Shown here in pieces: positions 46,254 through 54,857 of a stretch of 54,857 bases of DNA. The number at the start of each line of letters is the position of its first letter. The stretch's first letter is position 1. Source of the stretch: Flavobacteriales bacterium (GTDB lineage: Bacteria; Bacteroidota; Bacteroidia; Flavobacteriales_F; PHOS-HE28); NCBI GenBank assembly GCA_046595075.1, contig JBKJPT010000098.1, positions 1-54,857 on the forward strand, read 5' to 3'. Below the pieces are notes generated by a model that saw only the letters and a program-made list of their open reading frames with translations, ran no database searches and had not been told where the DNA came from. Position numbers and translations under genes: made by a program.

Positions 46254-48800
46254 TTAGAAGCTGAAGGTCACCATGGCGAAGTAGGTACGACCGAAGAGGT
46301 AGCTGTACTTGGGTGGAAAACGGTCGGGCTGCATGCTGTCGTAGCGCAGTTGTTCGAAACCACCCACTTTGAATTCCTGGTTGTCCAGCACGTTGCTCAC
46401 TGATAGGTTGAGCGCAATGCGGTATTTGCGTTGGATCATCCACGATTTGCCGGCGTAGAGGTCCACGGTGTACTGGTCGTCCAGCCTCGTTTGGTCCAGC
46501 AGCGCATCCCATTGGGGATCGTTGGTCACCAGGTCCGCCACTGCTTCGGAGGTGCGGCGATCGGGATTAGGGTCCAGGTAGATGTCGCCGAACCAGTTCG
46601 CATTGAAACCGGCGAACCAGAATTTCGGTGAGTTGTACTTGAGCCCTAGCGACGCAGCGCTCTGCGGCATGCCGCCCACACGATAACCTTTCCAATAGAT
46701 CGTGCGGTCCGCGCCAAAGACCTCATTGCTGTTATTGCGCGTGATGGTGGCAACGGGACGTGAATCGTAGGTGTAGTTGCCACCTGCGTAAACAGCGGTA
46801 AGCACCCACGTGCTGGTGAGGTTGGCCTCTACACCGAGTTCCACGCCGCTATGCACCTGGTCCACACCTGTCATGGCGTAGTTCACAATGGTGAGATACT
46901 CCTCGTGGTAGTAGCTGCGATTCCAGATCTGGTCGGCAATGCGCGTGTAGTAGAGCGTGGCGCGGCCTTTCAGTCGCGGTGCGCGCACGATGTAGCTGAT
47001 GTCTCCGCTCATGGCGTTCTCCGTGGTGATGCCTGGGATCACGGCATCGCGCACACGCGGAGAGAGGAATGAAGTATTGGCAGCTGGCGGGCGCACGATG
47101 TACGCTGCGTTGGCGCCAATGAAGTGCCGACCAGTGAGCTTGTAGAGGGCACCAGTCTTCAGGCCGTACCCGAAGAAGTTGTTCTTCTCGCCTTCGCCCT
47201 CCGAGTCATCGGGAAAGCGGCCGTTCTGCACACGGCCATTGCGCCAGAAGCTGGTGTGCGAAAGATCGATGCCCGCGTACACTTCCATGCGCGTCCACTT
47301 GTGTTCCACTTGTGCGAACACGTTCGCGTAGCGAGTGTGTATGTCGTAGTCCCAGCCGAAGACGTCACCTTCCTCTACTAACTTGTTCGTAACGCTCAGG
47401 TCGTTCTGTGCAACCTGGCTATCCGGGAAATCACGATCGGCGAACTGGTCGATGTCCACCCAGAAGTCGCCACCGAGCAGATCGTCCACCACCTTGAAAT
47501 AGTGCGTGCGCTGCTTGTGCGCGCTGCCGCCGATAGTGAGCTGTGTTTCGGGCTTCAATGCTTTGGTCCAAACGCTGTTCACCCCGAAGCGGGTTGGATC
47601 CGCCCGCATTTCCTCCACAATATACTTGCTGCGGTTGCCCGTGATGGTGTTGCCGCTGATGCCGTTGGCATCCTGCACGCTGTAGAGGTTCTTGCCATTA
47701 GCGAGGTAGAGCTGGTCCCAATCGATCTGGCTGGTGCTCGTGTTGCCCCATGCCGCCAAGCGTTCATTGTAGAGTTCGGGGTTTTCGCTGCGGTAATAGC
47801 TCGGGAGGTAGCGGTAGTAATCGGGGCGTGGATCCTTCGCATCGAACCAATTGAGACCTGTGAGGCCGTCGCGACCAAAGGTGTAATAGGCGCTGGTGGT
47901 GAGCTTGGCCGTCTCGCTGACTTTGAAGGTGTGCGCCAACAGGATCATCGGCTTGTGATCGTGGCTCATTTTGGCGTTGCGCTTCTCGCCGTTCTGCAAA
48001 CCCCAATTGGGGTTGTAGAAGGAGTTTCCGGTAAGGTCATAGGCCTCCTGCACCGCGAGCGCCTGGCGCCCTTGGCGAATGGTGGCTCCGAAGCCGCTGA
48101 GGCTTATGGTATGCCGGTCGTTGATCTTCTTTTCTGCAGCGAGGTAATACGAGTATGCGTTGAAGGGTGTGCCTTCTACATACCCTTCATCGGCCCAACG
48201 GCGTGAACCGCTGATCGCAAAGGCCCAGCCCTTGGCGTTCATGCCCGTGGCGTAGGTGAACATGAGCCGGTTACGGTAGGCGCGGTTCGCCGAAGCAAAG
48301 GATGTACGCACGCCCTTGCGCAACGAACTTGCTTGTATGTTCAGGTCCGTGGCACCGCCGATGCTACCGAAGTTGATCCGGCTTGCCCCGATCCCTGTGC
48401 GCACCTGCATCCACCGCGTTACATCATTAAGGCCCGCCCAGTTGCTCCAACTGGCCCAGCCCGTTTCGAAGTCGTTCACGAGCACACCATTGATGCTCAC
48501 CAAGGTGTTCTCACTGTCGTATCCCCGTATGCGGAAGCGTGCCTGACCGAAATTGAATCCGGCCACAGAGGTGAACACATCGCGGCTGCTCTGCAGGAGC
48601 CCGCTGATGTCCTGGTTACCCAGTTCGCCATCGAGGTCGTCCGTCGTGAGGGTGAAGACCGGCAATCGCGGGTTGTTCTTCGTGTCGGATGTGTCAGCCT
48701 GTGGAGCGTTCAGCAGGGTATCGGACTGGGCCGCGCCCACCATTGGCAATAAAGCGATGAAGCCTACGAGTAAGGGGTGCTTTGCGTTCCTATGCGCCAT
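46254..48800 (-). CDS. TonB-dependent receptor
   Basis: Signal ..MVGAAQS. Plug-type sequence: DISGLLQSSRDVFTSVAGFNFGQARFRIRGYDSENTLVSINGVLVND. Large barrel ending ..YFAMVTFSF (terminal Phe). Confidence 0.9.
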   Translation of the reverse strand: MAHRNAKHPLLVGFIALLPMVGAAQSDTLLNAPQADTSDTKNNPRLPVFTLTTDDLDGELGNQDISGLLQSSRDVFTSVAGFNFGQARFRIRGYDSENTLVSINGVLVNDFETGWASWSNWAGLNDVTRWMQVRTGIGASRINFGSIGGATDLNIQASSLRKGVRTSFASANRAYRNRLMFTYATGMNAKGWAFAISGSRRWADEGYVEGTPFNAYSYYLAAEKKINDRHTISLSGFGATIRQGRQALAVQEAYDLTGNSFYNPNWGLQNGEKRNAKMSHDHKPMILLAHTFKVSETAKLTTSAYYTFGRDGLTGLNWFDAKDPRPDYYRYLPSYYRSENPELYNERLAAWGNTSTSQIDWDQLYLANGKNLYSVQDANGISGNTITGNRSKYIVEEMRADPTRFGVNSVWTKALKPETQLTIGGSAHKQRTHYFKVVDDLLGGDFWVDIDQFADRDFPDSQVAQNDLSVTNKLVEEGDVFGWDYDIHTRYANVFAQVEHKWTRMEVYAGIDLSHTSFWRNGRVQNGRFPDDSEGEGEKNNFFGYGLKTGALYKLTGRHFIGANAAYIVRPPAANTSFLSPRVRDAVIPGITTENAMSGDISYIVRAPRLKGRATLYYTRIADQIWNRSYYHEEYLTIVNYAMTGVDQVHSGVELGVEANLTSTWVLTAVYAGGNYTYDSRPVATITRNNSNEVFGADRTIYWKGYRVGGMPQSAASLGLKYNSPKFWFAGFNANWFGDIYLDPNPDRRTSEAVADLVTNDPQWDALLDQTRLDDQYTVDLYAGKSWMIQRKYRIALNLSVSNVLDNQEFKVGGFEQLRYDSMQPDRFPPKYSYLFGRTYFAMVTFSF

Positions 48801-48898
48801 GCGAGCGGTTTCGGTTGGGGAGCTTTCGATGGCTACCCATCGGGATCGCGTTGTGGTAAGCAGGCGCGGGCCGGAGGAGAGCGGTTATTCGGGGAGCG

Positions 48899-48906
48899 CA
48901 AAAGTA
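48899..48906 (-). promoter_or_regulatory. Candidate -7 promoter element for the TonB receptor / DUF5689 operon
   Basis: The minus strand reads TACTTTTG, a perfect TAnnTTTG, about 98 nt upstream of the ATG at 48800. No convincing -33 TTTG at the canonical spacing. Motif match only. Confidence 0.25.
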
Positions 48907-49034
48907 GGATCGTGGGCCATGCCGCCTCCATCACCGGGATGTTAATTGAAAGGGAGGGTCAGGCGCCTTTGCAAATGGCCTTAGGAAGCCATTGTTGACA
49001 GGTACGTAACGTGCTGAAGCGGAACGAGTTTGAA

Positions 49035-49042
49035 TACATTTG
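49035..49042 (+). promoter_or_regulatory. Candidate -7 promoter element for the giant repeat-protein gene
   Basis: TACATTTG, a perfect TAnnTTTG, ends 16 nt before the ATG at 49059. No clear -33 element. Motif match only. Confidence 0.25.
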
Positions 49043-49058
49043 CCGGTCGCTCCGGTAC

Positions 49059-52000
49059 ATGCCTTCCAAGCCCTGCAGCCCGTTGCCGTCACAGGCGGTT
49101 TTCAACATTCGCTCACTGCGGCGTGCGTTGCTATGGTGCGCTTTGGCATTTGCTTCGACCTCGGCCCGTGCTGATCACTACTCTGGCGCCAACATCACCT
49201 ACGAGTGTGTGGGCCCTAACCAGTACCGGATCACGCTCGATCTATACCTTGACTGTTCAGGGGCGGGCATCACCCCACAGAGCCTGAACTTCAGCAACAA
49301 CTGCGGCGTGTCTTTCACGCTGAACAACCTGCCGATGACCCTCAACGAGGAGGTGTCGCAGCTATGCGCAGCACAGTTGGTGAACAGCACCTGCAATGGC
49401 GGTTTCGAGCCAGGCATCCAGCACTATCAGTTCCAGACGACACTCGTGCTTTCACCCTGCAACGCGTGGACGATCGGCTGGAGCATCTGCTGCCGTAATA
49501 CCACCAACAACGTACAACTCACGCCGGGCATGTACGTACAGGCCACGCTCAACAATCTGGGCGGTTTGTGTGACGACTCCCCCACGTTCGGGGACAACAC
49601 GATCCCGTACGTGTGTGTGAACGAACCTGTGAACTACAACCCACAGGTCATCGACCCCGACGGCAACACGCTGGTGTACTCGCTGATCGGGGCCCGTTAC
49701 GCATCCCCGCTGCCTGCACCAGTGCTTTACACGGGTGGCTTTTCCGGTGCCATCCCCATACCCGGCATCGTGTTCGATCCCGCCACGGGGCAAATGGATT
49801 TCACACCTACACTGATCGGCAACTACGTGGTCGTCGTTCAAGTGGCTTCGTACAACTCCTCCGGTGTGTTGATCGGCACGGTGATGCGCGATTTCCTCTT
49901 CGTGGTGATCGATTGCACGAACCCACCTGCTGACAATCTCGGCCCCACGAACATCACGAACGGGATCATCACCAGTAGCAACGGCATCGAAGTATGCGAA
50001 GGGGTGCCATTCTGTGTGGACATCAGCTTCTCGGATATCGATCCAGCGGCGGTGATCACACTTACCGGTGCGATCACCGGACAGCTTCCGGGCTCGTCCC
50101 TGAACTTCTCCGGTACCAATCCGGCGGTGGCTACTATCTGCTGGACACCCGACATCACCCTTTCGCCAATATCGATCCTGCTCGGGGTGAGCGACAACGC
50201 ATGCCCGATCCCGAACCTCTCCTCATACCCGCTCACAATTACTGTGGTGGATCCGCCGCCGGTGCCTCCCGATCCCGGGACACCGACCAGCATCAATAGT
50301 TGCACCAACTCGCCCAATATCAACCTATTCAACCAACTGGGAGGAACACCTGACGTTGGTGGCAATTGGACAGGCCCCAATGGAGCTGCACATTCTGGCA
50401 TCTTCATTCCTTCTGCCGATCTGTTCGGTGTATACACCTACACAGTGGGCACGGGCTGCCTAAATGCTTCGGCAACGGTAACGATCACGCAGACCGTCTC
50501 GCCGAACGCAGGCATCAACGCGTCGTTCAGCACCTGCGGCAACAGCGCCAGTACCAACATGTTGACCCTCCTTGGTGGCACAGCCCAAGCGGGGGGGGCG
50601 TGGAGCGGTCCTAGCGCGGTGTCGGGCAACCTGTACGATCCGGCTACCATGACCCCGGGCGTGTACACATACACGGTAACAGGTACGCCACCCTGCGCAA
50701 ACGCGACTGCTACGGTGACCGTTGCCGAAAGCGTAGCCCCCAACGCAGGCGTCAACGCCTCCCTCACGTTGTGCAGCAACAGCGCTGCCACGAGCATGTT
50801 CGCACAACTTGGTGGTGGCGCGCAAGTCGGTGGTACATGGAGCGGCCCAAGTCCTGTGGGGGGTTCTAGCAACTACAATCCGGCTACCATGAACCCCGGG
50901 GTGTACACCTACACGATCACCGGCGTGGCACCATGCGTGAATGCGACAGCCACAGTGACGGTGACGGAGAATGCTGCCGTGAGTGCAGGTAGCAATGGCA
51001 ATCTGGCTACCTGTTCCAACGCCTTACCTGTAGCGTTGTACGCGAGCCTCGGGGGCACGCCCAATGCCGGTGGTGCTTGGAGCGGACCCAGCCCTGTGGT
51101 TGGTGGCATGTACGATCCAGCGACGATGACCGCCGGAGTGTACACCTATACGGTTACTGGCACAGCACCGTGCGCGAACTCCAACGCCACGGTCACGGTG
51201 GTGGAGAATGTTGCGCCGAATGCTGGAACCAATGGCAACTTGAATATATGTAGTACAGCTGCGGCAGTGAGCTTGCTCGCCCAACTCGGTGGAGGACCAG
51301 CAGCAGGCGGCACATGGAGCGGTCCAAGTCCGGTGGGTGGCGCGGGCAACTACAACCCGGCTACCATGACCCCCGGGGTGTACACCTATACGATCACCGG
51401 TTTGGCGCCTTGTACCAACTCCACGGCGACCGTCACTGTGGCCGAAACAGCTGTGGCCAGCGCTGGTTCCAACGGTAACCTCACGATCTGCGCGAACGGT
51501 GCAGCGGTTGCGATGAGTGCAAGCCTTGGCGGAACACCGGCCGCTGGCGGCGCCTGGAGCGGGCCTTCACCAGTCGTCGGGGGTAGTTATGATCCCGCAA
51601 CGATGATCGCCGGTGTGTACACCTATACCGTAACAGGCACGGCGCCCTGCCCGAACGCATCAGCAACGGTGACGGTAGTAGAGAACCCGCCTCCGAACGC
51701 GGGAACCAATGGCAGCCTCACTATTTGCAGCAATGCAGCATCTACAAGTTTGATCGCACAACTAGGTGGGGGGCCAGCTGCTGGCGGCACATGGAGTGGC
51801 CCAAGCCCAGTGGGTGGTGCGGGCAACTACAACCCGGCAACGATGAACCCTGGCGTGTACACTTACACACTCGTTGGCATTGCGCCGTGCAGCAATTCCA
51901 CTGCAACGGTCACTGTAACGGAGAACGCACCACCCGTTGCTGGTTCGAACGGCAATCTGGCGACATGCGCTAACGGCGCCTCTGTTGCATTGATCACCGG

Positions 52001-54857
52001 CCTTGGTGGAACACCAGATGCTGGCGGCGCATGGAGCGGACCATCGCCAGTTGTTGGTGGCAACTACGATCCCTCGACGATGCTCGCCGGTGTTTACACC
52101 TACACCGTAGCGGGTGTTGCGCCATGCGCTAACGCCACAGCAACTGTGACGGTGACAGAGAGCGCACCAACGAACGCGGGAACGAACGGCATGCTCACGT
52201 TGTGCAGCAACAGCGCAACAACAGGCATGTTCGCGCAACTTGGCGGTGGCCCGCAAGCGGGCGGCGCATGGAGTGGACCTAGCCCAGTTGGTGGTACGGG
52301 CAACTACAACCCGGCAACGATGAACCCTGGCGTGTACACCTACACGGTCACAGGAGTTGCGCCTTGTGCGAACGCAACGGCCACGGTAACGGTGACAGAG
52401 AACAACGCTCCCGTTGCAGGCTCGAACGGGACGCTCACCGTGTGCGCGAATGGCGCTGCTGTTACGCTTAGCACCGGCTTGGGCGGAGCGCCCGATGCTG
52501 GCGGCGCGTGGAGTGGACCGTCACCTGTTGGTGGAGGTAATTACGATCCCGCGACGATGCTCGCCGGTATTTACACTTACACGGTAACAGGTGTTGCGCC
52601 TTGCACCAACGCAACGGCAACGGTAACGGTCACGGAGAACGCACCAACGAACGCCGGAACGAACGGCACGCTCACATTGTGTAGCAATAGCGCAACAACA
52701 AGCATGTTCGCGCAGCTCGGTGGCGGCCCTCAAGCTGGTGGCGCATGGAGCGGGCCCAGCCCAGTCGTTGGGGGCAATTACGATCCCGCCACAATGGTCG
52801 CTGGTGTTTATACCTACACCGTTACGGGTGTTGCGCCATGCGCGAACTCAAGCGCAACGTTGACGGTGACAGAGAATGCCGCGACCAATGCAGGCACGAA
52901 CGGGACGCTCACCGTTTGCAGCAATAATGCAGCGGTGAGCCTATCCGCACAGCTCGGTGGTGCGCCACAAGCAGGTGGTGCTTGGAGCGGACCCTCGCCT
53001 GTTGTTGGAGGTATTTACGATCCCGCAACGATGACTGCCGGGGTTTATACATACACCATTATTGGCGCGGCGCCATGCGCGAACGCGAATGCAACGGTTA
53101 CGGTCACCGAGAGCATTGCGACTGACGCAGGTAGCAATGGAACGCTCACGGTGTGCAGCAATAGTGCAACCGCAGGTCTCTTGGCGCAATTGGGCGGTGC
53201 ACCCCAAGCAGGTGGTGCATGGAGCGGACCCAGCCCAGTTGTTGGGGGCAATTACGATCCCACGACGATGATCGCCGGAGTTTACACGTACACGGTTGCG
53301 GGCGTCGATCCTTGCGGGAATTCAAGTGCTACTGTAGCGGTCACGGAGAACATCGCTGCGAACTCCGGCACCAATGGCACACTCACTATTTGTTCCAGCA
53401 ATGCTGCTGCTTCGCTCTTTGCACAGCTCGGAGGCGCGCCGCAGGCAGGTGGTGCGTGGAGCGGCCCAAGCCCTGTTGTTGGCGGCAACTACGATCCCGC
53501 GACGATGAGCGCCGGTGTGTATACGTACACGATCACCGGAGTAGCACCATGCGTGAATTCAAGTGCAACGGTTACCGTTACCGAGAACACCGCCGCGAGC
53601 GCAGGTTCCAACGGAACGTTGACGGTGTGCAGTAATGGGGTTGTGGTGGCGTTGAACAGCGCCCTTGGCGGTGCCCCGGATCCTGGCGGCGCTTGGAGCG
53701 GGCCTTCGCCTGTTGTGGGTGGAAACTACGATCCCGTTACGATGGTCGCTGGCGTGTACACATACTCGGTTGCAGGCATTGATCCGTGCGTGAACGCGAC
53801 AGCAACCGTGACTGTAACGGAGTACGCTGCAACGAATGCAGGTGTAAACGGATCGGTTTTGCTTTGTTCCAGCGATGCCGTGATCTCGCTCTTTGCGCAA
53901 CTCGGTGGTGCCCCCCAGGGCGGTGGTGCCTGGAGCGGCCCCAGTCCTGTTGTCGGTGGCAACTACGACCCCGCGACGATGACAGCTGGAGTGTACACGT
54001 ATACAATAACTGGAGTAGCGCCTTGCGCGAATGCTACAGCAAACGTTACGGTCACGGAGAACACAGCAACGAACGCAGGCACTAATGGCTCGGTCACCGT
54101 GTGCGACATCGGTGGTGCGGTGAACATCTTCAACCAGCTCGGCGGTGGCCCAACCGCTGGTGGTGCTTGGAGCGGTCCTTCTCCTGTGGTCGGCAACAAC
54201 TATGATCCGGCGACAATGAGTCCCGGCGTTTACACATACACAGTAGCGGGTGTAGCGCCGTGCACGAACGCGACTGCAACAGTGACTGTGAACGAAACAA
54301 GTTCGCCCAACGCAGGAAGCAATGGGAACGTGACGGTCTGTGGCAACGGCGCGATCACCGATCTGTTCACCGTCCTCGGCGGCGCACCGCAAGTAGGCGG
54401 CACCTGGAGCGGACCGAGTGCGATCGTCGGTGGTAACTACGATCCGGCGACAATGAACCCCGGCGTGTATACGTACACGCTCACTGCCACGCTGCCTTGC
54501 GTGAGTGCAAGTGCTACGGTGACAGTGACGGAGAACGCAGCAACGAACGCAGGCACTAATGGCTCGGTCACCGTGTGCGACATCGGTGGTGCGGTGAACC
54601 TCTTCAACCAGCTCGGCGGTGGCCCAACCGCTGGTGGTGCTTGGAGCGGTCCTAGTCCTGTGGTGGGCAATAGCTATGATCCGGCCACGATGAGCCCCGG
54701 TGTTTACACCTACACGGTTGCGGGTGTAGCGCCCTGCGCGAACGCAAGTGCAACAGTGACTGTGAACGAAACGAGTTCGCCCAACGCAGGAAGCAATGGG
54801 AACGTGACGGTCTGTGGCAACGGCGCGATCACCGATCTGTTCACCGTCCTCGGCGGC
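49059..54857 (+). CDS. Giant secreted cell-surface repeat protein (adhesin-like). 3' end lies beyond the window; at least 1933 codons are seen.
   Basis: Not in the supplied ORF track. My translation of the frame containing 49059 has no stop from 48999 to the last base of the window, and 49059-54857 is exactly 1933 codons. It begins MPSKPCSPLPSQAVFNIRSLRRALLWCALAFASTSARA/DHYSGANITYECVGPNQYRITLDLYLDCSG.., i.e. a signal peptide and a Cys-rich domain including SPCNAWTIGWSICCRN. Next comes a DPDGNTLVYSL cadherin/Ig-like segment, then 19 tandem 79-80 aa repeats. None of the + strand ORFs listed in this interval is in this frame. Confidence 0.85.
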   Translation, partial: MPSKPCSPLPSQAVFNIRSLRRALLWCALAFASTSARADHYSGANITYECVGPNQYRITLDLYLDCSGAGITPQSLNFSNNCGVSFTLNNLPMTLNEEVSQLCAAQLVNSTCNGGFEPGIQHYQFQTTLVLSPCNAWTIGWSICCRNTTNNVQLTPGMYVQATLNNLGGLCDDSPTFGDNTIPYVCVNEPVNYNPQVIDPDGNTLVYSLIGARYASPLPAPVLYTGGFSGAIPIPGIVFDPATGQMDFTPTLIGNYVVVVQVASYNSSGVLIGTVMRDFLFVVIDCTNPPADNLGPTNITNGIITSSNGIEVCEGVPFCVDISFSDIDPAAVITLTGAITGQLPGSSLNFSGTNPAVATICWTPDITLSPISILLGVSDNACPIPNLSSYPLTITVVDPPPVPPDPGTPTSINSCTNSPNINLFNQLGGTPDVGGNWTGPNGAAHSGIFIPSADLFGVYTYTVGTGCLNASATVTITQTVSPNAGINASFSTCGNSASTNMLTLLGGTAQAGGAWSGPSAVSGNLYDPATMTPGVYTYTVTGTPPCANATATVTVAESVAPNAGVNASLTLCSNSAATSMFAQLGGGAQVGGTWSGPSPVGGSSNYNPATMNPGVYTYTITGVAPCVNATATVTVTENAAVSAGSNGNLATCSNALPVALYASLGGTPNAGGAWSGPSPVVGGMYDPATMTAGVYTYTVTGTAPCANSNATVTVVENVAPNAGTNGNLNICSTAAAVSLLAQLGGGPAAGGTWSGPSPVGGAGNYNPATMTPGVYTYTITGLAPCTNSTATVTVAETAVASAGSNGNLTICANGAAVAMSASLGGTPAAGGAWSGPSPVVGGSYDPATMIAGVYTYTVTGTAPCPNASATVTVVENPPPNAGTNGSLTICSNAASTSLIAQLGGGPAAGGTWSGPSPVGGAGNYNPATMNPGVYTYTLVGIAPCSNSTATVTVTENAPPVAGSNGNLATCANGASVALITGLGGTPDAGGAWSGPSPVVGGNYDPSTMLAGVYTYTVAGVAPCANATATVTVTESAPTNAGTNGMLTLCSNSATTGMFAQLGGGPQAGGAWSGPSPVGGTGNYNPATMNPGVYTYTVTGVAPCANATATVTVTENNAPVAGSNGTLTVCANGAAVTLSTGLGGAPDAGGAWSGPSPVGGGNYDPATMLAGIYTYTVTGVAPCTNATATVTVTENAPTNAGTNGTLTLCSNSATTSMFAQLGGGPQAGGAWSGPSPVVGGNYDPATMVAGVYTYTVTGVAPCANSSATLTVTENAATNAGTNGTLTVCSNNAAVSLSAQLGGAPQAGGAWSGPSPVVGGIYDPATMTAGVYTYTIIGAAPCANANATVTVTESIATDAGSNGTLTVCSNSATAGLLAQLGGAPQAGGAWSGPSPVVGGNYDPTTMIAGVYTYTVAGVDPCGNSSATVAVTENIAANSGTNGTLTICSSNAAASLFAQLGGAPQAGGAWSGPSPVVGGNYDPATMSAGVYTYTITGVAPCVNSSATVTVTENTAASAGSNGTLTVCSNGVVVALNSALGGAPDPGGAWSGPSPVVGGNYDPVTMVAGVYTYSVAGIDPCVNATATVTVTEYAATNAGVNGSVLLCSSDAVISLFAQLGGAPQGGGAWSGPSPVVGGNYDPATMTAGVYTYTITGVAPCANATANVTVTENTATNAGTNGSVTVCDIGGAVNIFNQLGGGPTAGGAWSGPSPVVGNNYDPATMSPGVYTYTVAGVAPCTNATATVTVNETSSPNAGSNGNVTVCGNGAITDLFTVLGGAPQVGGTWSGPSAIVGGNYDPATMNPGVYTYTLTATLPCVSASATVTVTENAATNAGTNGSVTVCDIGGAVNLFNQLGGGPTAGGAWSGPSPVVGNSYDPATMSPGVYTYTVAGVAPCANASATVTVNETSSPNAGSNGNVTVCGNGAITDLFTVLGG
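50271..54857 (+). repeat. Coding tandem repeat array, unit 237/240 nt (79-80 aa); about 19 units, cut off by the window end
   Basis: Consensus unit: NAG.NG.L..C.N.A....L...LGG.P.AGG.WSGPSPV.GG.YDPATM..GVYTYTVTG.APC.N..ATVTV.E. I counted 19 G[VI]YTY[TS] motifs. The periodic spacing of the antisense ORF-track entries (for example 51146, 51623, 52100; then 53045, 53282; then 53726, 53963) mirrors the 237/477-nt periodicity. Confidence 0.9.

Noticed and set aside
48961-48980. Palindrome-containing sequence AGGCGCCTTTGCAAATGGCC (core TTTGCAAA) in the divergent region between the TonB receptor operon and the giant gene, as a possible transcription-factor site.
   Set aside because: It is only an 8-bp core palindrome, with no second copy or known consensus. 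That is too weak to report as a feature.
50438-54670. A series of minus-strand ORF-track ORFs with near-identical Pro/Gly-rich products (MP.PPTGLGPLH.PPA.G.PPS...), plus other antisense or out-of-frame ORFs, for example 53559..54392 (277 aa).
   Set aside because: They recur at the same 237/477-nt period as the sense-strand repeats and are simply the reverse-complement reading of the repeat array. The sense frame is uninterrupted for 1933 codons and has a signal peptide and domain-like modules.
50271-54857. Possible CRISPR array or non-coding satellite, because of the regular repeats.
   Set aside because: The period is 237-240 nt with no short direct repeats separated by unique spacers. The whole array is one open reading frame, and variation between units keeps the protein motif. 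No cas genes are seen.

Overview
This is a GC-rich chromosomal segment. It looks like Bacteroidota because many proteins carry T9SS C-terminal sorting domains, TonB-dependent receptors are abundant, and the order pdxJ / CBS / BamA-like / nadK / uppS / bamA / ompH x2 / murI is Flavobacteriia-like. All calls come from reading the ORF-track proteins and the DNA by eye; no searches were run.

Layout:
- 1-5880: copper/heavy-metal island with two tandem CusB-like adaptors, HMA-type Cys-motif proteins, and a multicopper oxidase carrying an extra C-terminal domain.
- 5914-12270: a T9SS-tagged thioredoxin-fold protein, kbl, and a translation cluster (rplM, rpsI, rpsB, tsf, pyrH, frr).
- 12341-20697: minus-strand five-gene cluster of DUF4331 x2, a TPR lipoprotein, HupE/UreJ and a TonB-dependent receptor. 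I read it as an uncharacterised metal-acquisition system.
- 21054-30757: radical SAM/SPASM enzyme, M28 peptidase, an operon of a plug-only receptor head with an ECF sigma and anti-sigma, Nfu, a trio of HYC_CC_PP-like protein, TonB receptor and HMA protein, and a gamma-carbonic-anhydrase-family protein.
- 30744-41796: conserved envelope-biogenesis block.
- 42490-48800: EEP nuclease plus an OB-fold T9SS protein, a DUF5689 lipoprotein and a TonB receptor.
- 49059 to the window end: a very large open-ended ORF that the supplied ORF track does not list because it has no stop in the window. It encodes a signal peptide, a Cys-rich N-terminal region and at least 19 tandem 79-80 aa repeats with higher-order (two-unit) periodicity.

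I recognised no rRNA, tRNA, CRISPR array, transposase or integrase. Most long ORFs antisense to these genes are high-GC artefacts.
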